Assembly: GCA_977017575.1 (NCBI GenBank)
Contig: CDRNVI010000043.1
Coordinates: 434,001-498,000 of the forward strand
DNA: 64,000 bases
Source of the DNA: Paramoeba atlantica
Lineage: Eukaryota > Protista > Discosea
Direction: 5' to 3'
Shown: positions 1-10,155 of the stretch, piece by piece
Layout: each line of letters begins with the position of its first letter
How positions within the stretch are numbered: position 1 is the first letter of the stretch
Made by a program: the position numbers and the translations under genes
The notes under the pieces: model-generated
Told to the model about the DNA's origin: nothing
Seen by the model: only the letters and a program-made list of their open reading frames with translations
Database searches by the model: none

Positions 1-1058
1 GCAAGTTTTTGTATCTGTCTCAGTGTAGAAGACAGAGAAGGGGGCGTGTACAATACATGTAATTGGAGTTCGTGCAACCGTATACAGACGTTCGGGAGGA
101 CACATTCGCTTTCTTTGCGAGCAGCGTCGTTCGATGTAAAATTTAATGCATCTAGAGGAGTTTCCTGTTGAAAGTTCGAAAAAGCGCCTATTCCGCATTC
201 TACAACTACGTTGTAAAGTGGACAACGCGGTTTCTTCGTAGTGTTTTTCCAATTGCACGCATAAGCTGCTTGCAATGCCCGGCTTCCCCCTACCCGAATC
301 AGTGAAGTTGTATCCAAGTGATAGCTCATTTGGCTGAAAGTGCTGTATTCAAGATTTGTGTAGATTTCCGAAGCGAGCTTGTGGTTTTTTGCGGGAGTTC
401 GTATGTAGCCGACAGTCACAAGACTTTTTTGTTTTCTGTTCCGGACAGCTAAAAACCAGCGATACATTTTACACGGTGAGTACGTTGTGCATCCTTCGTC
501 GGGACAGATGGCAACAACGGTTAGGCACAACAGCACATAATTTCCCCACTGAGATTCGCGACCAAGAAACTGTTTACCGGGATGCATAAGAGTCCGAAGT
601 ACTGGAATGGCAAACAGTTGGAGTATTCTACCAAATTGCGCGCTCCTGGTACAATTTACATCCGCAGAATCCAATGTATTGAGTCTATGCTCGTTGTCTA
701 TAGTATAAATTATCCTATCAAACGCGCTACATCGCATCAGATTCGGATAATATTCAGCTAATGAATTCTGTATGCGAAGCCGAAGAATAATTTCGTATCC
801 TTCCGTCTTCCTTTCATAGTCTTCTGGAAAAATCTCCTGAATATTTCTGGGATCTGTAGGAGGCACGATTTGCTCTGTGAGCAAAGCATCAATGTAGATA
901 CAATAACTATCCCGCAGTGCACGCCAATCCGGAGAGGTGTACGAACTAATACGAATTATGTCTAGGACGCCTCCGTTCGGTGTGTTTAGCAAAGCGCATA
1001 TGTATGCAGTAGTTTGACGAATATTTTCCGCTTCGACCAAAAAATGCGATCGAGACAT
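1..1058 (-). CDS. Hypothetical protein running off the window edge (>=352 aa, absent from ORF track); N-terminal motif weakly Schlafen/AlbA_2-like
   Basis: Manual translation from ATG at 1058 (MSRSHFLVEAENIRQTTAYICALLNTPNGGVLDII...) is stop-free to base 1; in-frame TGA lies just upstream of the ATG. Confidence 0.7.
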   Translation of the reverse strand, partial: MSRSHFLVEAENIRQTTAYICALLNTPNGGVLDIIRISSYTSPDWRALRDSYCIYIDALLTEQIVPPTDPRNIQEIFPEDYERKTEGYEIILRLRIQNSLAEYYPNLMRCSAFDRIIYTIDNEHRLNTLDSADVNCTRSAQFGRILQLFAIPVLRTLMHPGKQFLGRESQWGNYVLLCLTVVAICPDEGCTTYSPCKMYRWFLAVRNRKQKSLVTVGYIRTPAKNHKLASEIYTNLEYSTFSQMSYHLDTTSLIRVGGSRALQAAYACNWKNTTKKPRCPLYNVVVECGIGAFSNFQQETPLDALNFTSNDAARKESECVLPNVCIRLHELQLHVLYTPPSLSSTLRQIQKL

Positions 1059-1653
1059 TTCTCAGTAATCGTTACCTCTTTAATCAGAGAGCGCTAGTGA
1101 GCTTTGCGTCTTAAGCCAATGTTGCGTCACAAATCATCCGAGGATAAACGGTGTCACGTAAAAAAATTCATTAAAAAAATATCCATTATTCATTCAAAAA
1201 AATATCCATTATGATCTACAAAGCATGTTTATGTGAAATTTCTATGCGAAACACCAGCACAATACATAAAAATGATGCGACTAAAGTAATGTAGTAATGC
1301 CATGAAGTATTTCTGAGAAATACAAGAAATTTTATTCCGAGAAAGATCTTCCCGGACGAAATGTTCAACGGTTTTTAAAACTACTGACATTTAGAGCTAC
1401 TGTATATCGCCTATTCCTCTAAAGCACCATATACATGATGCACATGTTCGCAAAAAAGAGAATTTTGTACAAAACAAAGAGTAACAAATTCTTCATAAAG
1501 CAGCAACGCCCAATTATCGCCGTTGGCTTGCTAATCAATCTAAAGCAACAATGATTTTGGTGTCCCCTTTTTCTGTAACAATCTTTTCTGTAGCAAATAC
1601 GTCGCCCACGTATTACACAACCATGCAAGAGCCCAATAATTAAGCAAGTACTC

Positions 1654-2796
1654 TTACTCAACAGGTGAAGATCGGGGCTCAAGAGGGGGGGACCATGCAG
1701 GTGTCCGCCGATTCATAATTTGGCTTTCACCAGGGCTGTTGCTCCCAGGCGTGGTCATACCTCCTCGCGTTATTACGCCAGTCAAATGTCCTTCAAGAGT
1801 CGACGTAACAAACTGAAAAGCCTCTTCTACACTGTCCGTAAAGCAAATGTCGTCAATGTCGTCCTGTGAAATGGTTCCAAGATCTGCAAGCGCTTGCCAA
1901 TTCAACACTGTCTTCCAGTAGGACGCCCCAAAAAGAACAATGGGCATTCTCTTTACCTTCCCTGTCTGCTTTAACGTTAGCATTTCGAAGAGCTCATCAA
2001 AAGTGCCAAAACCTCCAGGAGCAATCACTAACGCTTTCGCACAGTACATCATCCAGAATTTCCGGGTGAAGAAATAGTGAAACTCAAATGCGAGGGAGGG
2101 GCTCACATGGTGGTTGATCCCTTTCTCAAACGTCAACGAAATCGCCATCCCCATGCTTTGAGCCCCGGGTACTTGACGTGCCCCTCGGTTTGCGGCCTCC
2201 ATGAACCCCGGACCTCCACCTGTACAGATCAGCAATGGCTGGGCCACGGCATCCTCGGTGGCGTAATCCCGGGCGTACATCGGGGGATTTTGTTCCAGCT
2301 TCCGGCGTAGCGTTTCATTGTTCGTGGCCCACTCCGTGAGTCGGCGCGCGAGTTCCTGAACGCCGCCGTAGAGCTGCCCCATCCACCGTGTGCGCTGCAA
2401 CTTGCGGAGCTCACCCTGCAGCTTTGTCTTCTCCTCCCCGTCGACGGCGTCAATCTTCGCGATGAGATCGTTCTCCGTACGGGCATAGTCCTCCGGGCTC
2501 ATGGCACGTGCGGAACCAAAAAACAGAATTGTTCCCATGACACCGCTCTGACTTAACCGCTGGGCGGGTTCCTCGAACTCGCACATAATTCGAATTTGTC
2601 GTGCCGCGTGGGACTCCATAAAGGAGTCGTTACGGTAGGCCTTTATGGTAGATACCATTCGCTGGGAAGTGGTTTCACTCATGATGTACGGCGCATCTGC
2701 GTCACCAGAACGTGCAATAGTGCTCGTGGTCCTTTCCTCGAGCCCGGTGGCTTCCAATGTGGGAATTAGCAACTCGTCTAGAATGGAATTGCTCAT
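1654..2796 (-). CDS. LOG family nucleotide monophosphate phosphoribohydrolase (lysine-decarboxylase-like fold)
   Basis: Motifs FFGSAR, TGGGPGFMEAANRGA, FHYFFTRKFW, PGGFGTFDELFEML. Confidence 0.9.
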   Translation of the reverse strand: MSNSILDELLIPTLEATGLEERTTSTIARSGDADAPYIMSETTSQRMVSTIKAYRNDSFMESHAARQIRIMCEFEEPAQRLSQSGVMGTILFFGSARAMSPEDYARTENDLIAKIDAVDGEEKTKLQGELRKLQRTRWMGQLYGGVQELARRLTEWATNNETLRRKLEQNPPMYARDYATEDAVAQPLLICTGGGPGFMEAANRGARQVPGAQSMGMAISLTFEKGINHHVSPSLAFEFHYFFTRKFWMMYCAKALVIAPGGFGTFDELFEMLTLKQTGKVKRMPIVLFGASYWKTVLNWQALADLGTISQDDIDDICFTDSVEEAFQFVTSTLEGHLTGVITRGGMTTPGSNSPGESQIMNRRTPAWSPPLEPRSSPVE

Positions 2797-2996
2797 CTCG
2801 TGAGAGAACGTTTAAGAAATACTGAAAAGGTTGACTTCCTTTTACGTCAATAACAAAAATGGCTCTGACCTGTAATAAAGCATACACTTTATTACAATAA
2901 TTTATTATGCCTTATACTTAGAGAATATAAATAAAACGTAATTTAGTATTGCAAATTGGAAATGTACACTACATTTATGTATGTATGCTCGACTCC

Positions 2997-4046
2997 CTAG
3001 GATTTGAAGTAGGGGTCTGACATTTGCTTTTCAATTCGGTAGCACATCAAAAGATTACGAATATCCTGTAGTATGGAATGCAAGTTATCAAGACGCTGAT
3101 GTAAAATACTCGCATCGTGGAATACAGTTCCAAGCCATCGTACAGAATCAGTGGCCAAATTTTTATGCTCTACCTTCCAAAAATCATAACTAGATTGTAT
3201 TGATTTAACAAGCTCGTTGTGCTTTTCCAACTGCGTATATATTCGATCGTATAAGTTGTACAGAGCTTCGAACCTACTTTTGACCGTCTCATATTCGGAT
3301 TCTGAATTCAGAGCAATAGGCATATCAAGAAGGGAATATTTTGTACTGCATGAATCTGGAGAACTTACATCCTCCGTGAAGGGAAACGTCTCCGGAAGAA
3401 TTTGTAAGGTAAGTTCATGTGATCCATATTTGTCGAGATAATTCTCTGTCGGACGTTCCAGACCCTTTGATTTGCACCACTTCGCTAAATCTTCACATGG
3501 ATCAAGCAGATAGTTCCCCTTCCGATTCCTTTCTTCGATCTGTATGTTGTTAGTACATGATTGCTCTTGTTTCATGCTTTGTGCTTGTCTGTTTATGTCG
3601 TTTTCGACAGAATCGCTGATAGTTTCATGTATGCTTGCCACTGGTTTGCCTTCCACGCGGTCTATGACGGCTTGAAGAAAAACACTATCTGCATCGGATT
3701 CGTTGTGGTGATGCACTTTGTAAGAGCTTTGCTGCGTATCACGGCTCTGGACTGGGCGTGAAAGCAGATTTAGAGAAGGTATGTCACTAAGCCACTGTGG
3801 ATAGTTTGTACATTCTTTTGGGGAATGGTCCACCTGTGTAAAAAGGCGGATTTCCGGGTTCCAGGATTTCGATGAAAGATTTTCGAACGACGATACTTGT
3901 TCTACTTCGCCCCGATTACCGACATCAGTGTCACATACTATTATCTGGTACAAGTTTTGTCCGTTCTTTCTTTGCTTCAGGTCAGTAGAAAGCGCTTCGG
4001 AAATACTAGAGATGGGGTCTAATATTACCGAACCTAAGTTGTACAT
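2997..4046 (-). CDS. Hypothetical protein, coiled-coil-like C-terminus
   Basis: 349-aa ORF co-oriented with cluster; no recognised motif. Confidence 0.6.
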   Translation of the reverse strand: MYNLGSVILDPISSISEALSTDLKQRKNGQNLYQIIVCDTDVGNRGEVEQVSSFENLSSKSWNPEIRLFTQVDHSPKECTNYPQWLSDIPSLNLLSRPVQSRDTQQSSYKVHHHNESDADSVFLQAVIDRVEGKPVASIHETISDSVENDINRQAQSMKQEQSCTNNIQIEERNRKGNYLLDPCEDLAKWCKSKGLERPTENYLDKYGSHELTLQILPETFPFTEDVSSPDSCSTKYSLLDMPIALNSESEYETVKSRFEALYNLYDRIYTQLEKHNELVKSIQSSYDFWKVEHKNLATDSVRWLGTVFHDASILHQRLDNLHSILQDIRNLLMCYRIEKQMSDPYFKS

Positions 4047-4462
4047 TTTAGCTAGTGCAAAAAAGCAATAGAGTTGAGTCCTACAACTTGTACATTAGGC
4101 TCATTGTTTTAGCACACGCATTAGTCGAAAAGTTGACTTTTGGTTTCTAAGAAAAGGTTCTATGGAGTAAGCTCATTACTGTTAAGATACTATGGGACTT
4201 ACTCATAATAATCCTGTACGACTTAATTAATTTCTCATTTTCGCTATTAACAATATGTATGGCTGACCATATGATAATTACATGGTTGAAACTCATAGAA
4301 TACAATGCAAATAAAAGGTTTCAATAACAGAAATGCGTACGTGTAAACATTTTTTTCGTTTTGGCTACGAAATGTGATACCATTATGTAGCGTATGCAAC
4401 ATATGGGTTTATTACAATACATACCATACATATCTGTTGGGTAAAAAATATATTTATGACAC

Positions 4463-4819
4463 TCATGGAAAAATATTTCGACTGATTGCCACGTCATATA
4501 ATGAATCATCGACTTCATCATTCCACTCGGTAGCAATGGAATCAAGACACTCTTGCAACTTCATTTCTGCTCTTTTTTCTTGCATGTAGTGCAAAAAAGG
4601 AACTTTTGACATGGTATTGCTAGGGCGCATCCAATCCATCACAAGCAACGGAAAAAATGTGTAATATTGCCAGTACCAGTGCATCATTTGCGAAGGAAGC
4701 AACCATGTACTAATTGCGTCCATGTGTCGATGTGGTGTTTGGTAAAGGTTTAATGACTTGGAATGCAGAGGCGTCCTACGCAACCCAATGCGACACATAG
4801 CAGGAAATCGGCGTTGCAT
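4463..4819 (-). CDS. Small hypothetical protein, possibly mitochondrial membrane
   Basis: 118 aa; Arg-rich N-terminus, aromatic/hydrophobic central segment, co-oriented with cluster. Confidence 0.5.
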   Translation of the reverse strand: MQRRFPAMCRIGLRRTPLHSKSLNLYQTPHRHMDAISTWLLPSQMMHWYWQYYTFFPLLVMDWMRPSNTMSKVPFLHYMQEKRAEMKLQECLDSIATEWNDEVDDSLYDVAISRNIFP

Positions 4820-4950
4820 TATGAGTTAAAAGATAGGAAAATCTCTGATCACGTTTTCTTATAGATACTTCTTATAAATTTAATACAATGCATACAATGT
4901 ATAATTTAACATCTTATGAATAAAGACAGACTAAAGAACTTAACTAAATA

Positions 4951-5060
4951 CCGTTAGTACCACTTGACTTTGCTGGAAGAACACCGAAAAATCTGGTATT
5001 TGTGCAATGTGAGGGGATGTGCAAAATGAAGAGGGTCACTATTAAAGGGGGGTTACAGTA
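4951..5060. mobile_element. Solo degenerate end of the TA-flanked TIR element family seen at 14392-15326
   Basis: ta|ccgttagtaccacttgactttgc...gaaaaatctggtatttgtgcaatgtgagggg aligns to the reverse complement of 15240-15326. Confidence 0.65.
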
Positions 5061-5372
5061 TTTACAGGTAAAATATAAATAATAAATACAATGTGGGGGG
5101 CTGCGGGGAGGCTAAAATGAGATCACGCGAGGTCACGGATGTTCAAATCCACTGCACCACCCCATTGTCGACTCCAGCACACAGCTTTTTTCACCATAGT
5201 CGATCGTCATTCCTTCTTTCTGCTCGTCACCATAGTCGAACATCGTCCCTTTTTCCTTTCAACATAAAAATTTACCCAGAGTATTTAAAGAAAGCATAGT
5301 GCAAGTGTAAGATTTGAGTAAGAAATTTTATTAGACAAGAATTTATTCACCTTTACAAAATGCTCAAATTTA

Positions 5373-6491
5373 TTGTCATTAAATTTCCAACACTAACAGA
5401 CTAACTTTACCAGCTTTCTCACGTACATTTGCTTACTTAGCGTCTTTTACTTACGCAGTTCATTCACAAAATCCAATGGAGAACGATATTTTAATTATTT
5501 CCGAGGACGACTGTTCGATTCCAATGCTGTTTTGTTAAATTCACTTTGGTTCAAATTCTCAAAAGATTCGGTTTTCGGATGGAATTGTCGGATCAAACCG
5601 TTTGCATGTTCCACAGACCCTTTCTCCCACGAATGGTACGAAGCGCAAAAGAAAGACTTGCATTTTAATTCTTTGATTACTTCATCATGGTGCCAGAATT
5701 CTGTTCCGTTGTCGTATGTGATCGTCCGAACCTTGTAATTCTTTAACCCGTCTACAATTTGTTTGCTTACCCCCTTCGCGCGCTTAGATTCCAACTTCAG
5801 AAGAACAAGGAAGCGGCTTTTACGCTCGCACAGGGTAAGAATATATCCGATATGTCCTCGGCCGTCGACCAAGTCTGCTTCCCAATCGCCGTAGCGCCGA
5901 CGCTTATTGACTACTTCTGGTCGATTTTCAAGTGGCGTTCGGTTGGGAATCGCGCTGCGATCAGGTCTGGTGCGACGACGGTATGGCCTCTTTCGCCGGA
6001 TCCGCAAATGGGTGTACAACTTGCCGCCCAAGGACGCGTTGCGACGAATGTGGCGATATATGGTGGAAGTCGAGGCGGTACGACAGCTCCGGATCGTATT
6101 TGCATTCTGTTCCGGGCTGTGCTTCTTTTGAAGTCGAGAGCTGAGTTCCTCTTCCAAAAGGTTTTGTATCTTGTGAGGCTTGACTCTTTTACACAAGAGG
6201 CGTATGTGCCCTCATCCCCTCATAGCACTGACCCCTTCTTGCATTACGCGCCAACTCGCGACAAACAGTGCTGTGACTTTTGCCAATTATGCGAGCTATG
6301 CTTCGCCGACTCTCGCCAGATGCGAAGAGTGCATGAATACGATTACGATCGTAAAGACTAAGTCTTGAATAATGGCGGATTTGTAGTGTAGATCCGAAGG
6401 ATATTATAAAATAATACTTCTTTAAATAATTGATGGTGCATTGGATATGAGAATACAGTTTTTAAGAAAAGTGGTGCACTGGAAATGACAA
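5373..6491 (-). mobile_element. Degenerate IS30-family insertion sequence (putative ends)
   Basis: Encloses IS30 transposase; weak inverted ends ttgtcatt (5373-5380) / aatgacaa (6484-6491); about 1.1 kb fits IS30 size; end placement uncertain. Confidence 0.55.
5448..6381 (-). pseudogene. IS30-family DDE transposase pseudogene
   Basis: HTH IARIIGKSHSTVCRELARN; GDWEADLV, ITYDNGTEF, SWEKGSVEHANGLIRQF, RPRK*LKYRSP; start ATG appears as ATC, frameshift near 6200, premature TAA at 5495. Confidence 0.9.
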
Positions 6492-7097
6492 GAAAAATAT
6501 TTTTTGGGAAAAAACAGTACCCACAGCCCCTTTTGAGGGAAGTATCAAAAATTCGAAAAAGAACTTGATTTTTTAACACGCAAACATTTGTGGGTTTTAG
6601 AAAAAACTGATTATTTTTGTGAATTTAGTGACTGAATTTAGCTCGACATTACTACAGCACTATGCCCCAGAAGAGGGCTTTTTCTGACAACGAAAGGTGC
6701 AGAAACGAATTAGATTAATTTATGCACCTCATGGGCAACTGAGATCCTCTCGTAGGATACTTTTGGTAAAAAATAATTAACTTAATTATTTTTCCGATGG
6801 TTCCTCATCATCAGCAGTTATAATCCCTCATCAGCAGTTCTCAAGCAGCAGTTTTTCCTCTTTAAGTTATCCCCATCCCTCTCTAAAAGCAGAGCTCCGA
6901 GCGTCGACCGTGAAAATACTCGCAAAAGTCCTCTATACTGTACTATGCCCATGCAAAATAGGTTGTCTCGTCTGTTTCGATCAAAAGTAACGATTTGTTT
7001 TGTCAAATAGGAGTGCCGCAATACCTGAGAAAAAAAATCCTTCCATTCCAAAAAAGTAGTATCTCATAGTACGTACTATATTACGTACTAGTCGATT

Positions 7098-7129
7098 ACT
7101 AGTATTTTAGTACGTACTAAAATACTAGT
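7098..7129. repeat. Perfect 32-bp spacerless palindrome
   Basis: actagtattttagtac|gtactaaaatactagt. Confidence 0.95.
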
Positions 7130-7262
7130 TAGACTATGATTAAGGAAACGGATTCTTTTCCTGCAGACGCCAAGGCGTTTGGGTGTCACGAGGACACTGC
7201 CAAGCGTTGGGTATGCGTGAACGGTTAGACTGAAGTAAATTTGAACCTTACTTACTTCGCCT

Positions 7263-7315
7263 CCCCCCTTACTTCACCACAGTTAGTCACTGGACGTGTG
7301 GTGAAGTAAGGGGGG
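7263..7315. repeat. Perfect 19-bp inverted repeat with 15-nt loop
   Basis: ccccccttacttcaccaca ... tgtggtgaagtaagggggg. Confidence 0.9.
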
Positions 7316-8118
7316 TGTCAGATTTTTCTCCAGGCAACTTACCACCTCTTTACACAGCCGGAGGGGTGCACTGCAACCGACCGTTGCATCGTTGTAAGGC
7401 GAGGCAGAGCCACGCCCAGTGGTCTTCAAGGGGGGACACAGATGGCACACAAAGATCGATGCACAAAGGTTTGTGGTGCAACTTTCTTGGTGACGACGCC
7501 GTCATACCGGGATTTTAAACCACAGTCCGGTTTAACGTTCCGGGGGGAACGTTAACGGCTACAGGAAGGCTACGTAGCTGCAGGAATGATGACTTTTGAA
7601 GATTATCATGGGTTCACCGTACGATTCGTCGACACAACGGGTTAGTAGCAGCACGTTGATGCCGTCTTGTACTAACGAAAACAGGTAGAGGACGTCGGCC
7701 TCGAATCTTCCAAATCTAGCTGTGAAGAGTCTGGCTTGCCAGTGACCGATCGGAGCAATCCGATCGTATAATGACATACAGTATATATATTTATTTAATA
7801 CTGTCAAATCCGAAATGTTTTAGATTCGTTGAACCATTTCTAATTCAGAATGGTTTTCTTCCAAGTCAGTTTCATCATCGCTTTGATCATAAAGTTGCGC
7901 CACAGCGTCTTGTAGTTCTAAAATTTAAATTGGTTCAATGCGTTATGTTCTGCGACATCATTCAAAATTTTACGATGTAAGAAATTTTCATGGGGGGAAT
8001 GTTAAATTCATTAAATTTGTTTATTAAATTGGATATGTATCGTGTTTTGCTCATTGATTTTAGAAGGTACAGCTTTATTTTCCAAAGCTTTCATTTGCTT
8101 GTCTACGGTTTTTACTAC

Positions 8119-8530
8119 ATGAGCAAATCTGAAGAAAGCAATACCCATAAAAAGGCTACGTGGCCCTCAACACAATTTATTAAAAGCAAAGAAAGTCAAA
8201 AATACGGAACTTGAACTTAAAAAGGCAGAAAGGGAGTTGGAGTCCGAGTTCACGGATCTCGACCCCTTTTCGATCACCGTGAAAACTATTTCTGTGGAAG
8301 TGAGCAAGGAAAGTTTTCGAACGTTTTTTTCGTCCTTCGGAACGATAGTCAAAATGACCCTCCTGTCTAACAAACATCTCACCTTTGTTTCTTATGAAAC
8401 AATTGAACAGGCGAAACGTGCTGAACACGCATACCGATGCATGCAAGTGCATCTTAAAGCAAAAAGCGGAAAGAACGGGATTAAGATTGGTAAGGTGTCA
8501 AGGGTTCGAAAGAAGTTTTTTAATGGATAA
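8119..8530 (+). pseudogene. RRM-domain fragment on the strand opposite the gene cluster
   Basis: FSITVKTISVEVSKESFRTFFSSFGTIVKMTLLSNKHLTFVSYETIEQAKRA fits RNP2/RNP1 spacing; nearest ATG (8119) is out of frame. Confidence 0.55.
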
Positions 8531-9062
8531 ATTTTACTATTTTTCTGGGTTTTTTTCGTGCATATTTCCTTATTTTTTCATCCACTTTTTCCATCTTACT
8601 CTTTTTCTTATTAAACGCATACAAATTTTTGTAGCACGTCACATCGATTGTAGTCATTTAGTATAGGGGTGAGAAAGTAAGAGCATGACCCTACATGTGT
8701 TTCTTTTAGTATATTATAAAAGTGTTGTTAAAAACCTCTTGTTAAACCTCTTGTTTTCAGTGCAAAGCGCACTGCAGTTTATTGGCCTACAGAACGTTTC
8801 TTATTTTATTGGATTTCTACACCTTGTTTAAAAATGATATTATTCCCTATTGAGCGCTTTCTGATGAATTGGTCTGAACTGGGCCGAGTCAACAAATGGA
8901 AATACTAGAAAACACCATTAGGTGCCAGTAACCCCTACCGAGCTACAACGTCAGCTACCTACAACGTCAGCTTCGCAAAGAGGTCTTGTGTGTTCTCTAC
9001 TCAACAAGCGGTTATTTTTGGTCCTCTCGCTTTTCCGCTTTCACTTCCAATTCTCTTTTTTA

Positions 9063-9151
9063 GGCTCTTCGTTAAACGCGGAGGTAGGTTTCAACGCGAA
9101 GCGAGCAGTGACTTCTAAGTTAAAAACAACCACCGCGTTTAACGAACAGCC
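9063..9151. mobile_element. Hairpin MITE made of the two outer ends of the Merlin-associated element (copy 1)
   Basis: ggctcttcgttaaacgcgg...ccgcgtttaacgaacagcc; halves match 9887-9925 and the reverse complement of 12410-12448; second copy at 35678. Confidence 0.75.
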
Positions 9152-9944
9152 TAAAAAAGATACAAAACATAATATGATACAAAACTTACACATGGAAAAG
9201 AAAAATGTTTAGTTGTGCTTAATGATGCTTAATTTATTCGGAGCTAAGTCCAGGGTATGTCGTTTTAGGAAAGAAAATTATTTTTTAATGCAAGGGTGGC
9301 GCTTGTGCAAGGCTGTCGTGATCGTGAAGCTTAATTTGTTTGTTTATAAATTTATCCACTATTTTGCATCGCTATTGATGTTTGTACTGAATTATTGCTT
9401 GAGCATAAGAAATTAGAAGACTATTTCAGCCTACACACATTCAAAAAACCCACACAACCATGAAAATATGGAATTTTCACCATGAAAATATGGAATTGGA
9501 ACCATGAAAAAATGGTTCTGTGCACAAAAGACGTCCGAAAAAATCGTACTTTTTGGGCCATGCGGCACCAGGGGGTCTCTATGAAAAAAAGGCGACAAAG
9601 CGCTTCGCTACGGGAACGAGATCTCTTCAACGCTGCGAAAATGAGCGAACACGGATAAGAAAATTAAAATTTCCCAGGAAGGGAACATCAACATCCGCCC
9701 CTGTATGAATACTTGGAAGTGTGTTCGTATATTTCGTATACTGTGCCCCCCCCCCCCCACTTATAGTGCCGCGGGGTACCCCCCCACTTATAGTGCCGTT
9801 TGAAAAAAAATGTCCGAAAAAAAATGACTAATTTTTTTTGACCAAAAAGGACAGTAAACATGGTGGAAATTTCTAATATTGAGAGCTTCGTTAAACGTGG
9901 TGGTTGTTTTCAACTCATGGAAGTCACTCATGCTGCGCGGGGGA

Positions 9945-10096
9945 AAGTCAAGGAATATTGCATAAGTCAAGGAATATTGCATAAGTCAAGGAGTATTGCA
10001 AAAGTCAAGGAATATTGCATAAGTCAAGGAATATTGCATAAGTCAAGGAATATTGCATAAGTCAAGGAATATTGCATAAGTCAAGGAATATTGTAT
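9945..10096 (+). repeat. Tandem array, 8 x 19 bp (aagtcaaggaatattgcat)
   Basis: Units counted directly; 2 carry substitutions. Confidence 0.95.
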
Positions 10097-10155
10097 AAGC
10101 CGTAATTTGTGTTGTTTCTTTTTTTCAATGCCTCAGCGTAGTGTGAACTGGTTTT

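Noticed and set aside
5759-6361. 200-aa plus-strand ORF
   Set aside because: Antisense to the IS30 transposase; no motif.
7140-7807. Transposase or integrase remnants (AKAFGCHEDTAKRWV HTH-like and GEAEPRPVVFKG pogo-like on plus; FEADVLYL integrase-like on minus)
   Set aside because: Short motif resemblances on conflicting strands with many stops; cannot assign.
9945-10096. 19-bp array as a CRISPR array
   Set aside because: Repeats are contiguous with no unique spacers, there are no cas genes, and an inverted partner array marks it as a TE subterminal repeat.
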